Assembly (NCBI GenBank): GCA_035293045.1
Contig: DATDOY010000034.1
Location: 4,006-68,005 of the forward strand
Direction of reading: 5' to 3'
DNA: 64,000 nucleotides
Source of the DNA: Acidimicrobiia bacterium
Lineage (GTDB): Bacteria > Actinomycetota > Acidimicrobiia > IMCC26256 > JACPCJ01
Below the pieces are notes generated by a model. The model was not told the origin of the DNA and ran no database searches. It worked only from the letters and a program-made list of their open reading frames with translations. The translations under genes were made by a program, and so were the position numbers. Numbering within the stretch: the stretch's first letter is position 1; every line of letters starts with the position of its first letter. Shown piece after piece: positions 22,074 through 31,149 of the stretch.

Positions 22074-24473
22074 TCAGCTTGCCACGGGCTCCCCTGAGCT
22101 CTTGGAGTCCAGCCGGGGACGCCAACGAGCGAGCGCCACAAGACCCACCACCCCGAGCACGGAGAGGGCGATCCCGATCCGATCAATCGGTGTTCGGCCG
22201 TAGGTCAGTTCCACCTCGCGCTCGGTGGGAACCACCACCATGAAATTGGGTGTGACGCGCCACGGTCCGTTCGCGCCGCGCACTTGCCAGTTGGGGAAGT
22301 ACGAGACGCGGACGAGGACCGGCACGCCGACGCGGTCGACCGTGAACCGCACATGGTCGTCGCCCATCGAAACGTCGGTGACGTTGACCTCAGGGAGGGT
22401 CTTGCCGAGCGGCAGATTCGCGACCTGCTCGGCCTCGCTCCGGGCCCACGCCCGAGGACCATCGCCGGCCCAGAAGCGGTCCCACAAACCGGGGTCGTTG
22501 AACCACTCCACGGACGGACCCTCTCCATGGCCCTTCCGCCAGTCGTGCGGCTTCACGTCGGTGAGCACGACCGGCTCACGGCGGAGGGGTTCGACGAGCG
22601 ACACGTCCTCGACCTCGAACAGCGCCCAACGGGCGACGCTTGGTTCCTTCTCGGTGTCGGTGAGGTACGTCACGAGTTCGAGGTCGTCGCGGGTGCACAC
22701 ATCGCCGTCGACGAGGAACTGCTCGAGAGTGCGTCCGTCGGTGATCCCGCACGCCTTCTGCTTCGCGGCGTCCGAGCCGGCCATGAAGAACCGCACGCCG
22801 AGCATTCGCAGCCGCTCGACGCCGCGATCGAAGTTGTCGTTGATGTTGCCGTACTCGAGCCCCCGCACCGGATTGGACGGCTGGCTCGAGATGTCGGCGA
22901 CGGTCAGGAAGTGGTACGGCGTCGTGCCGGCCGACTCGAAGTAGAGCCCCTCCATCGAGCCGATCTTGCCGTCGGTGAAGTAAGGGATCAGCTCGAGGGC
23001 AAGATCGGAGCCGTAGTTGTTGATCTTGTCGAGCCGCTCCCATGTGAGGCGCTGGCCATAGTCGACACGAAGGTCGTTGAGGGTGTTCATGATCCCCTGG
23101 AACTCCGAGGCTGCGGGTTCCTTCGTCTTGCTCTCGTACCCCGCGTTGTTCCACTTGGCCCACGACGGGATGAACTCCTTGCCGACCGTCCCGTTGGGCG
23201 TGGTCGAGTCGACCGCGGTGAGGGCGACAACAAGGACGAACACCACCGCGACGTGGCCGGCGATCATGCTGACCTGGAGGAGCACGCGGCTCGGTTCCGG
23301 CGGTTGCTCCTCGCCCTCGGGGATCCCGATCGAGCCGCGCTCGTCGGTCGCCGCCGGCTTCACCGGCAACTCGATGAGCCGCCGGCCCAGGTTGACGACT
23401 TCGGTCACCCCCATCGCCGCGAGCATGAACAGCGGCACTTGATAGAAGGGCAGGAGTCGAAGGTTCCACAGCCGGCCCTCGGGCATGGCCACGAACATGG
23501 CCCCGAAGATGACGGCGAGCACTGCGAGTTCGATGGTGGCGCGACGCAGGAAGGCGGCGCTGGCCACGAGCGCGATCCCCGCCAACACGATCACCCACCG
23601 GAGCTCGGGGTGGACGAGGTAGGTCCGGTACTCCTCGACTTTCTGCCACCCCATGTCGGTCATGTACGCCACCCGGCCCACGACCGGCAGGGTCCAGATG
23701 GCGCTGAGGAGGAAGGCGACAAGGGCGATGGCGCCGGCTACGCGGAACCCCCTGACCGGCCCACGCACGGCCCACACCACGAGTCCGCCGACGGCGGCGA
23801 AGACGGTGACGATGCCATGGGTCATGACGGTGACCCCGAGCAGCAAGGCCGGGAGCCACGGGCGCTTGCGCCCGTCGAGCGCCATGGCGAGGGTTCCGAG
23901 GAAGCACAGCGCGAGGCCGAGGGCGATGGCGAACGAGAACTCTCCGGCGAGGGTGCTCGGGAGGTTCCCACCCATGATGCGGAAGTTGTGCTCGTCGGGC
24001 GTGAAGAACAGGAACGGGAGCATCGAGATCGCGAACAGAGGAGGCCCGGGCCACGGAACGCGAAGTCCGCGGGCGAAGACGTAGGCCCCTACCGGAATCA
24101 GCACCGGTCCCAGCGCAGTGACGAGCTTGAACGCCACGTTGTAGGGGATGAAGAGATCGAGCAGGACGATCAGAAGCGGCGGGATTGGGAAGTAGAAGTG
24201 CCCGGCCGGGAATCCCGCGTACCAGTCCGGCGCCCAGCCGGAGAGGCGGAGCTTGGGGAAGACGTGGTCACGCATGTATGCGGGCCACCACACGTGAGCG
24301 CCGGTGTCTCCCCCGTTCGGCGTCGTGTCACGCAGGAGGAGATGGACCTGGAGCTGGCTCAGGATGTAGCCCGCCACAACGACGAGCACAGCGACGCCGA
24401 CGATGCGTTCGGTCGTCTTCGACGACGACCAGGAGGATTTCAGTGCGGAGGAAACTGACACGGCGCCCAGCAT
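22074..24473 (-). CDS. Large polytopic membrane protein with a C-terminal extracytoplasmic domain (GT-C-like, function unknown)
   Basis: 799 aa. About 12-14 TM segments fill the first 430 aa, followed by a roughly 350-aa soluble domain and a final TM. The N-terminal motif GGDTGAHVWWPAYMRDHVFPKLRLSGWAPDWYAGFP recalls the family often annotated as 6-pyruvoyl-tetrahydropterin-synthase-related membrane proteins. That assignment is from memory and unverified. Confidence 0.6.
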   Translation of the reverse strand: MLGAVSVSSALKSSWSSSKTTERIVGVAVLVVVAGYILSQLQVHLLLRDTTPNGGDTGAHVWWPAYMRDHVFPKLRLSGWAPDWYAGFPAGHFYFPIPPLLIVLLDLFIPYNVAFKLVTALGPVLIPVGAYVFARGLRVPWPGPPLFAISMLPFLFFTPDEHNFRIMGGNLPSTLAGEFSFAIALGLALCFLGTLAMALDGRKRPWLPALLLGVTVMTHGIVTVFAAVGGLVVWAVRGPVRGFRVAGAIALVAFLLSAIWTLPVVGRVAYMTDMGWQKVEEYRTYLVHPELRWVIVLAGIALVASAAFLRRATIELAVLAVIFGAMFVAMPEGRLWNLRLLPFYQVPLFMLAAMGVTEVVNLGRRLIELPVKPAATDERGSIGIPEGEEQPPEPSRVLLQVSMIAGHVAVVFVLVVALTAVDSTTPNGTVGKEFIPSWAKWNNAGYESKTKEPAASEFQGIMNTLNDLRVDYGQRLTWERLDKINNYGSDLALELIPYFTDGKIGSMEGLYFESAGTTPYHFLTVADISSQPSNPVRGLEYGNINDNFDRGVERLRMLGVRFFMAGSDAAKQKACGITDGRTLEQFLVDGDVCTRDDLELVTYLTDTEKEPSVARWALFEVEDVSLVEPLRREPVVLTDVKPHDWRKGHGEGPSVEWFNDPGLWDRFWAGDGPRAWARSEAEQVANLPLGKTLPEVNVTDVSMGDDHVRFTVDRVGVPVLVRVSYFPNWQVRGANGPWRVTPNFMVVVPTEREVELTYGRTPIDRIGIALSVLGVVGLVALARWRPRLDSKSSGEPVAS

Positions 24474-24521
24474 GACATGCGCTGCGCCGGACGCGGCGGC
24501 GGCCCGTGGCCGCCGAGACCT

Positions 24522-24689
24522 CTAGCGAGAACTACGAACGAGTTCGAGGACGCCGTCGCGGGTGATCTCTCCCGTGGGGCGGGTCCAGACCCGTGTGTCA
24601 CACGGCGCACACCGGTGGAGCGTCACCTCTTCAGCGTTGATCGTCAGCTGAATGGTCACGACCGAGCGCGAACAAATTGAACAGTGCAT
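24522..24689 (-). CDS. Small 4-Cys zinc-ribbon protein (55 aa), not in the supplied ORF track
   Basis: MHCSICSRSVVTIQLTINAEEVTLHRCAPCDTRVWTRPTGEITRDGVLELVRSSR carries CxxC...CxxC. A strong SD GGGAGG lies 6 nt upstream of ATG 24689. It ends 48 nt upstream of the next gene on the same strand. Confidence 0.55.
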   Translation of the reverse strand: MHCSICSRSVVTIQLTINAEEVTLHRCAPCDTRVWTRPTGEITRDGVLELVRSSR

Positions 24690-24751
24690 TCCAAGCCTCC
24701 CGATTTGCCACTTCCCCTCCCGTCATCGGCGCGGCGGCGGGGAATCTTGAG

Positions 24752-25450
24752 TCAGGCCGCGAGGGTGAGGCCCAGGCCGATCAGGTTGAACCCGGCGTGG
24801 GTGACGATGGGCCGGGACAGCGAGCCCGTCTTTACGGCCTGCATTGAGAAGATCATGCCGAGCGCCGAGAGGCCGACCACCGTCCCCGCTGCCCCAAGTC
24901 CCGACGCGCCGGGAAGGTGCAAGAGCCCGAACACGAGACCGCTCGCGGCGATGGCCGTGTGGGGCTTTCCGCGGCGGAGCAGTGAGCGCAGAAGCAGGCC
25001 TCGGAACATCAGTTCCTCGAGCACCGGAGCCATCACGACGGCCATGGCGAACATGCCCACGATCCTCACCGTGGAGCGGGTGTCGTCGAGGGTTCGCAGG
25101 ATGTCCTGGGCGGGCTCGTCGACGTCGGCGAGCAGCGTGAACGGAAGGGTGAGGAGCGCGATCACGATGAACCACCCGATCGCGGCGGGGACGGCCGTCC
25201 AATCCCGCAGGCGAAGCTCGAGGCCGAAGTCGACCCGCAAGCTCCGCCGTCCCTTTCTGGCCACGAGGATGAGCGCGCCCCCCGTGGCCAGGAAGAAGGA
25301 GGGGTTCACGAGAAAGACGTCGGCCGCCTCGCTGGAGAGCTCGCGGAGCCCCGGCAGATACCAGAGGAGGAACCCCGCAATGCCGCCGAGGTTCTGGGCG
25401 AGGAGAATCCAGAAGAAGTCGCCGATCCCCCACCGGATTCGCGTTTCCAC
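24752..25450 (-). CDS. CPBP family intramembrane glutamic endopeptidase (CAAX protease/Abi)
   Basis: 232 aa with motifs APVLEELMFRG, FGLLHL and THAGFN in a multi-TM context. Confidence 0.85.
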   Translation of the reverse strand: METRIRWGIGDFFWILLAQNLGGIAGFLLWYLPGLRELSSEAADVFLVNPSFFLATGGALILVARKGRRSLRVDFGLELRLRDWTAVPAAIGWFIVIALLTLPFTLLADVDEPAQDILRTLDDTRSTVRIVGMFAMAVVMAPVLEELMFRGLLLRSLLRRGKPHTAIAASGLVFGLLHLPGASGLGAAGTVVGLSALGMIFSMQAVKTGSLSRPIVTHAGFNLIGLGLTLAA

Positions 25451-25474
25451 CCGTGGAAGGCTACCGAGCAGGCC

Positions 25475-25693
25475 TCAAGCGACGGCTTCGTTGGCCACGG
25501 GCACCGCGCGCAGGTCGATCAACTCCCAGCCGACGGGAACACACAGGCGGTCGGCGTGCGGACCGCACATCCGGTGCTGGGTCTCGTCCGGAGTGAGCCC
25601 GCCGATCCACACCGTGCGCTCGTCGTGCCGGTACGAGAGCGACGCCGACGCTGGTCGTGAACAGTCCGGGCGGTCGCAGCGCTCGAGGGCCAC
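25475..25693 (-). CDS. DUF3499 family protein
   Basis: 72 aa from GTG 25693: ALERCDRPDCSRPASASLSYRHDERTVWIGGLTPDETQHRMCGPHADRLCVPVGWELIDLR. This is the Cys/His and GW..D.R pattern of actinobacterial DUF3499, found next to pmm in mycobacteria. It is the C-terminal tail of shadow ORF 25475..27535. Confidence 0.7.
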   Translation of the reverse strand: MALERCDRPDCSRPASASLSYRHDERTVWIGGLTPDETQHRMCGPHADRLCVPVGWELIDLRAVPVANEAVA

Positions 25694-25774
25694 GAGGCAC
25701 CCTATCCCCCGCCGTCCTGCGTCCCGCGGACGCCCGGACCCCGGAGCGCGAGGCGTGGGTCGTACCATGGCCGA

Positions 25775-27733
25775 ATGAACCCGAGTCCGGGCCGCACACC
25801 CCGAAAGCCTGCCCCGCCGACGCCGGGCCGCTCGCGTTGGATCCCGTGGGTCGTGATCGGCAGCATCGTCAGCGTGCTGCTGTTCAGCACCTTCATGGGA
25901 GGCGGGAGCAAGAAGGAGAAGATCGAATACTCCGAGTTTCTCGCCAAGGTCCGCGCCGGCCAGGTCCAGCAGGTCGACATCCAACAGACCAACGGGAAGA
26001 TCACCGGGCGGGTGAAGGGCGGAGCGGACCGCGTCGAGTTCGAGACCCAGGGCCCCGCCGACCAGATCCCCGACAAGGACATCGAACTCCTCGACGAGGA
26101 GGGTGTGGCCCGCGACTACAAGTCCGCGCCCTCCGACCTCATCCCGCAGCTCTTGACCTGGGGCATCTTCATCGGGATCTTCGTCCTCTTTTGGTGGTGG
26201 CTGGGGCGACGCGCCCAGGGCCAGATGGCGGGCCTGATGAATATCGGGCGCAGCCGGGCCAAGCTCTACACGACCGACAAGCCCAAGACGCGCTTCGACG
26301 ACGTCGCCGGCTACCAGGGCGTCAAGGCCGAGATCAACGAGGTCGTGGACTTCCTGAAGAACCCGGGAAAGTTCAAGGAGATCGGCGCCCGCATCCCCAA
26401 AGGGGTTCTCCTCGTCGGACCACCCGGCACCGGCAAGACCCTGATCGCCCGGGCGGTGGCCGGCGAGGCAGGCGTGCCCTTCATCTCCGTCTCGGGCTCC
26501 GACTTCATGGAGATGTTCGTCGGCGTCGGCGCAGCGCGGGTGCGCGACCTCTTCGAGACGGCGCGCAAGGAAGCACCGTCCATCATCTTCGTCGACGAGA
26601 TCGACTCGATCGGGCGAAAGCGCGGCGCCGGCCTCGGCGGCGGGCACGACGAGCGCGAGCAGACCCTCAACCAGCTCCTCGCCGAGATGGACGGCTTCGA
26701 GACGACCGAGGGCATCGTCATGATGGCCGCGACCAACCGCCCCGACGTCCTCGACACCGCGCTCCTTCGTCCGGGCCGGTTCGACCGACAGGTCATCATT
26801 CCCCTGCCGACGCAGGAGGAACGCCGGGCGATCCTCGACGTCCACAGCCGCGACAAGAAATTCGCCCCCGACATCGATCTCGAGGTGATCGCCCGCGGCA
26901 CGCCGGGCATGAGCGGGGCCGACCTCGCCAACCTCGTCAACGAGGCTGCCCTCCACGCCGCCCGCCGCGGCGAGAAGGTCGTGCACCGTGAGGACTTCGA
27001 GTCGGCACGCGACCGAGTGTTGATGGGACTGAAGCGCGAGTCGATGGCGATGTCCGACGAGGAGAAGGAGGTCATCGCCTACCACGAGGGCGGCCACGCC
27101 GTCCTCGCCTACGTCCTCCCGCACGCGGACCCGGTGCACAAGGTCACCATCCTCCCCACCGGCATGGCGCTCGGTGTCACCCAACAGCTGCCGCTTGAGG
27201 AAAAGCACATCTACCAGCGCGCCTACATCGAGGACTCCCTCGCCGTGCGCCTCGGCGGTCGCATCGCCGAAGACCTGGTGTACGGCGAGATCTCCACGGG
27301 CGCCGAGAACGACCTCGTCGGTTGCACCGAGTTGGCCCGCCGCATGGTGCGCCAGTGGGGCATGAGCGACGCCATCGGTCCGATGGCGTGGGGGGCCCAG
27401 GGTGCGGTGTTCCTCGGCGAGGATCTCGTCCACACGCGCGACTACTCCGACGACACCGCCCGCGTGATCGATGAGGAAGTCGAGGCAATTCTCCGGGCCC
27501 AAGAAACGCGCGCGTCCGCGATCCTCAAGCAACACCGCAAGGGTCTCGACGCCGTTGCCGCTGCCCTCCTCGAAAAGGAAACGCTGACCGGCGACGAGGT
27601 GACGGCGCTCGTCGACCGCGCCATCGGCCGCAAGGCGGGCGGTCCCCGCAAGAAGCCGGCGACCACCAACGGTCGCGTCGCCACCAACGGCGAGGCCAGG
27701 AAGCCGAAGCGCCCCGCCCCCAAAAAGTCCTAG
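25775..27733 (+). CDS. ftsH: ATP-dependent zinc metalloprotease FtsH
   Basis: 652 aa with an N-terminal TM pair, AAA+ Walker [12 protein letters not shown] region, and the zinc site HEGGHAV. Confidence 0.95.
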   Translation: MNPSPGRTPRKPAPPTPGRSRWIPWVVIGSIVSVLLFSTFMGGGSKKEKIEYSEFLAKVRAGQVQQVDIQQTNGKITGRVKGGADRVEFETQGPADQIPDKDIELLDEEGVARDYKSAPSDLIPQLLTWGIFIGIFVLFWWWLGRRAQGQMAGLMNIGRSRAKLYTTDKPKTRFDDVAGYQGVKAEINEVVDFLKNPGKFKEIGARIPKGVLLVGPPGTGKTLIARAVAGEAGVPFISVSGSDFMEMFVGVGAARVRDLFETARKEAPSIIFVDEIDSIGRKRGAGLGGGHDEREQTLNQLLAEMDGFETTEGIVMMAATNRPDVLDTALLRPGRFDRQVIIPLPTQEERRAILDVHSRDKKFAPDIDLEVIARGTPGMSGADLANLVNEAALHAARRGEKVVHREDFESARDRVLMGLKRESMAMSDEEKEVIAYHEGGHAVLAYVLPHADPVHKVTILPTGMALGVTQQLPLEEKHIYQRAYIEDSLAVRLGGRIAEDLVYGEISTGAENDLVGCTELARRMVRQWGMSDAIGPMAWGAQGAVFLGEDLVHTRDYSDDTARVIDEEVEAILRAQETRASAILKQHRKGLDAVAAALLEKETLTGDEVTALVDRAIGRKAGGPRKKPATTNGRVATNGEARKPKRPAPKKS

Positions 27734-27742
27734 ACCCGTTTC

Positions 27743-28198
27743 CTAGGGCATGAGCTTTCCGAGGCTCGGCTCCGGACTCGAGTTGGGTTCGCGTAGCTCG
27801 GCGACGGCGGCCCACAGGTCGGTGGCCGTCACGTTGCCGAGAAACGCCGCTCCGACGACGCCCTCATGGTCGGCGACGAGCGTGAGGGGAACCGACTCGA
27901 CGCCGTAGCGATCGTGCAGGTCCCGCCGCGCCGACCATTCGACCTCCTCAACCGCCACCGCGTCGCACTCGAGGGGCGGCAGCTTGCCGGCGACCGCCGC
28001 GCAGGAGTCGCACGTGCTCGACGAGAACAGCACCACGAGCCACGGCGCGTCGGGCCGGACGAAGTCGTTGCGATCGAGCTGACGGGGAACGGGGCCTCCG
28101 CCCTGCGGCGGTGGATCGACGCGACGGCGTTCGATCAGCCAGGCCGCCACCACGGCCACGACAATCAACGCGAGGGCCACGACCACCCGGGCTTCCAT
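27743..28198 (-). CDS. Membrane-anchored thioredoxin-fold protein (CxxC)
   Basis: Start trimmed to ATG 28198 (MEARVVVALALIVVAVVAAWL). The motif WLVVLFSSSTCDSCAAV contains CDSC in a thioredoxin-like context. Confidence 0.6.
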   Translation of the reverse strand: MEARVVVALALIVVAVVAAWLIERRRVDPPPQGGGPVPRQLDRNDFVRPDAPWLVVLFSSSTCDSCAAVAGKLPPLECDAVAVEEVEWSARRDLHDRYGVESVPLTLVADHEGVVGAAFLGNVTATDLWAAVAELREPNSSPEPSLGKLMP

Positions 28199-28223
28199 CG
28201 AGGCCGAGGCTATCGTCCGCCCG

Positions 28224-29621
28224 ATGGAAGCCCCGGAGGATGCCCCGGCCCCCGCGGGCATGAGCTCGTGGCCGATGTGGGTCCTCGGACTGGTCTTGAT
28301 GATCGACCAGATCGACCAGAACATCGTCCGCGGCGTCGTGCCTCAGTTGCAGGACGAGTTCGGGCTGAACGACACCGAGATCGGCGTGCTGCTCTCGGTG
28401 TTCGTCTTCGTGAACGGCGTGATCACCGTGCCGGCCGGGTATCTCGCCGACCGGTGGCGTCGCACTCGCGCCATCGGACACACGGTGGTCGCGTGGAGCG
28501 CCATCACCGCGGTGACCGCCGCTGCCCAAAGCTTCGGCCAGCTCATCGGCCTTCGCGCCATGCTCGGCTTCGGCCAGGCGATCACCGAGCCATCGGCGGC
28601 AAGCCTGATCGGCGACTACTACCCCTCGAGCCACCGCGGCCGCGCCTTCTCTCTCACGCAAGTCCTGCAATTCACCGGGTTCGGGCTCGGTATCGGCATC
28701 GGCGGCGCCATCGGATCGACACTGGGATGGCGATGGGCGTTCGTACTCGTGGCCATCCCCGGCACCCTCATCGCCTTCGCCGCCTACGCACTGCGAGAAC
28801 CCCGTCGGGGTCACGGCGATCTCCTCCACGCCGGGGTCACCCACGACGTAGCGGGCGACGACGCCGACGACGACGCCGACCACTCGCTCTTCGACGAGGG
28901 CATGCGCCAGTTCCTCGTCGACATGATCCGCGGGTTGCGGGCCGACATGAAGACCATCCTCGCCATCCCGACGCTGCGGCTCAGCCTCGTCGGCGTGGGA
29001 GTGCTGCTGTTCAGCATCACCGCCGTGGGGGCCTGGCTCCCCCAGTTCCACGAACGGTTCTCCGGCCTGACCCAGCGCGAGGCCACCGGCGCGGTGACCG
29101 CCATCGTCCTGCTCGGCGGGATCCCCGGCATTCTCCTCGGAGGGCGGGTGGCCGACCACTACGCGGGGCGCATCCAGGGCGCCCGTGTCGTGATCCCGGC
29201 GTGGTGCGTCGCCGTCGGCACCGCGCTGTTCACGATCTCCTACCTCGAGATCCCGTTTGCGGTGTCGTTCGTTCTCGAAGTGGTGGGTTTTTTCATCGTG
29301 ACCATGGCGATCCCCGCGCTCCGGGCGGGCTTGACCGACGTCGTGCCGGCCAACCTGCGCGGCGCCGGCTTCGGCGCCTTCAACATCGTCTCGGTCGTCT
29401 TCGGGGCGGCGGCGGCGCCGATCGTCGTCGGCTATCTGGCCGAGGTGTGGGATCTCCGCACCGCGTTTCTCGTGGTCTCTCCCCCGGTGTTCGTCGGGTC
29501 GTACATCCTCTACCGGGCGAAGTACCACCTCGACGAAGACGCGGCCAAGATCATCGAGGCCGTGCTGCGCGCCGTACAGGAGCAGCAGGCGACCGAGCAG
29601 GCCCGCCACCCCGAGGGATGA
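28224..29621 (+). CDS. MFS transporter
   Basis: 465 aa with about 12 TM segments. The MFS loop motif is GYLADRWRRTRAI (G-x-x-x-D-R-x-G-R-R-like). Confidence 0.85.
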   Translation: MEAPEDAPAPAGMSSWPMWVLGLVLMIDQIDQNIVRGVVPQLQDEFGLNDTEIGVLLSVFVFVNGVITVPAGYLADRWRRTRAIGHTVVAWSAITAVTAAAQSFGQLIGLRAMLGFGQAITEPSAASLIGDYYPSSHRGRAFSLTQVLQFTGFGLGIGIGGAIGSTLGWRWAFVLVAIPGTLIAFAAYALREPRRGHGDLLHAGVTHDVAGDDADDDADHSLFDEGMRQFLVDMIRGLRADMKTILAIPTLRLSLVGVGVLLFSITAVGAWLPQFHERFSGLTQREATGAVTAIVLLGGIPGILLGGRVADHYAGRIQGARVVIPAWCVAVGTALFTISYLEIPFAVSFVLEVVGFFIVTMAIPALRAGLTDVVPANLRGAGFGAFNIVSVVFGAAAAPIVVGYLAEVWDLRTAFLVVSPPVFVGSYILYRAKYHLDEDAAKIIEAVLRAVQEQQATEQARHPEG

Positions 29622-29622
29622 A

Positions 29623-31149
29623 CTACGCGAGGGGGAAAGGGATCCCCGGGCTGTAAGAAACCGCGGTCGCCTCGAACAGGCCGCGCACCACGATGACGTC
29701 CTGGTCGGCCTCGACGATCAGCGGGACGTCGGTGCGCTTGAGCGCGTCGCCGAGCCGGAAGGCGGCGCGCTGGCGCGGGGGGACCTCGAGGTGGCCGAGA
29801 CCCTCCGGCACGAGCACCACGCCCCCGGCCAGCACCGAGATGCTCACGTGCGCGGTTTCACCGAGTCCGCCGGCGTCCGAACCCGGATTCATGACGGTGA
29901 TCCACTCGTCCACGGTGTCGTCCGCGCTGCCCGCCACGAACAGCCACGTTCGCGCGGGCGCGGTCGACCCCGAGACGACGGCCGACCCGGGCCGCGCGGC
30001 GCCGTCGGCGGCGATGATCTGCTGCGCCACAACCACGTCCTCGTCACCAACCGCCGAGATCCGCAAGGAGTGACCGACGTCGGGCGGAACCGGGTGGAAG
30101 CCTTCCGCGTCGGCGTCGTTCAGCCGGACCGCGACCGCCGAACGACCGGGCACCGACACCATCGTCGGCTCCTGCAGCGCGTCGCCGTCGAGTTCAGGCT
30201 GGATCTCGACGGCGGTGTCGGCGCGACCAGGGTTGAAGACCCAGATCGTCTCGAAAATCCTGCCTTGGACGATGCCCTCGGGGAAGAACCACGTCTCGGC
30301 TGTCTCGTTGACCCCCGGATACACGGCCATGCCGCGCCGCCCCGTCGTGCCGTCGAAATGGAGGGAGCGCTCGGCCACGATGCGCCCCGATCGCGTGATC
30401 AGCTCGGCGGCTACGACCGCTTTGCGGAGCACGTAGTCGTGCACGGGAACCGTGACCCGCGACCGCGGCGGGACCTCGAGCGCCTGCAGGTTCTCCGGGG
30501 CCACAAGACCCTCCTCGGTGAAGAAGGTCATGTCGACGGTGGCGGCGTCCTCGAACGGGTTGAACAGGGCAATGAAGTCGCGCGTGTCCTTGCGCGTCGA
30601 CCCTCCGGCGAAGAACCACTGCGTGGCCGGGCGGCGCGCACATGGAAGGGCGTCGATGTCGCCGCCCGCGCCACGGAGAATGTGTTCGACGGCGGCGTCG
30701 GGCCCAAACACCTCCACGACGACCCCGGGCTCCTCGGTGGGCACGAGGTCGGCGATGCGAACGACCAGACGCGACCGCGACGGAACCTCGAATGGCTTGC
30801 GCACCGGGGCTTCCTCGCCACGCATCACCGTGATGACCGCGTCGAGGGGCTCCTCGCCGGCGTTGGCGATCGCGACCGACTCGTCGGCGCGCCCGCCCTC
30901 GACCGACGTGCCCTCGGCGCAATACCACGAGGACGAGAGCGTCCCGGGTCGGGTCACGAACGCCTGCGGTTCGGGCTCGGCCTGGGGGCTTAAAACCCAC
31001 GACCCCTTGGAGCGACGGATGCCGATGCCCTCGTCGACCGCGACTCCCATGACAAATAGTGCGGCGAGGACGAGAAACGCGAAGCCGCGTCGGAGCCCGG
31101 CGCCGTCCGGAGCGGGGGGTCGCGTGACCGTGGCGCGTCCGGCACTCAC
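29623..31149 (-). CDS. Secreted/anchored protein, DUF5719-like
   Basis: GTG 31149 overlaps the stop of the upstream GT2 gene (GTGA). It has an N-terminal TM/signal (GFAFLVLAALFVMGVAV) and a beta-rich remainder. The pairing with a giant GT2 gene matches my recollection of actinobacterial DUF5719 loci, but this is unverified. Confidence 0.6.
   Translation of the reverse strand: MSAGRATVTRPPAPDGAGLRRGFAFLVLAALFVMGVAVDEGIGIRRSKGSWVLSPQAEPEPQAFVTRPGTLSSSWYCAEGTSVEGGRADESVAIANAGEEPLDAVITVMRGEEAPVRKPFEVPSRSRLVVRIADLVPTEEPGVVVEVFGPDAAVEHILRGAGGDIDALPCARRPATQWFFAGGSTRKDTRDFIALFNPFEDAATVDMTFFTEEGLVAPENLQALEVPPRSRVTVPVHDYVLRKAVVAAELITRSGRIVAERSLHFDGTTGRRGMAVYPGVNETAETWFFPEGIVQGRIFETIWVFNPGRADTAVEIQPELDGDALQEPTMVSVPGRSAVAVRLNDADAEGFHPVPPDVGHSLRISAVGDEDVVVAQQIIAADGAARPGSAVVSGSTAPARTWLFVAGSADDTVDEWITVMNPGSDAGGLGETAHVSISVLAGGVVLVPEGLGHLEVPPRQRAAFRLGDALKRTDVPLIVEADQDVIVVRGLFEATAVSYSPGIPFPLA

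Noticed and set aside
24477-24680. 67-aa plus-strand ORF in the gap upstream of the 799-aa membrane protein gene.
   Set aside because: It has Arg/Pro/Gly-rich shadow composition and no RBS. The opposite strand encodes a CxxC...CxxC peptide with a strong GGGAGG RBS in operon orientation.
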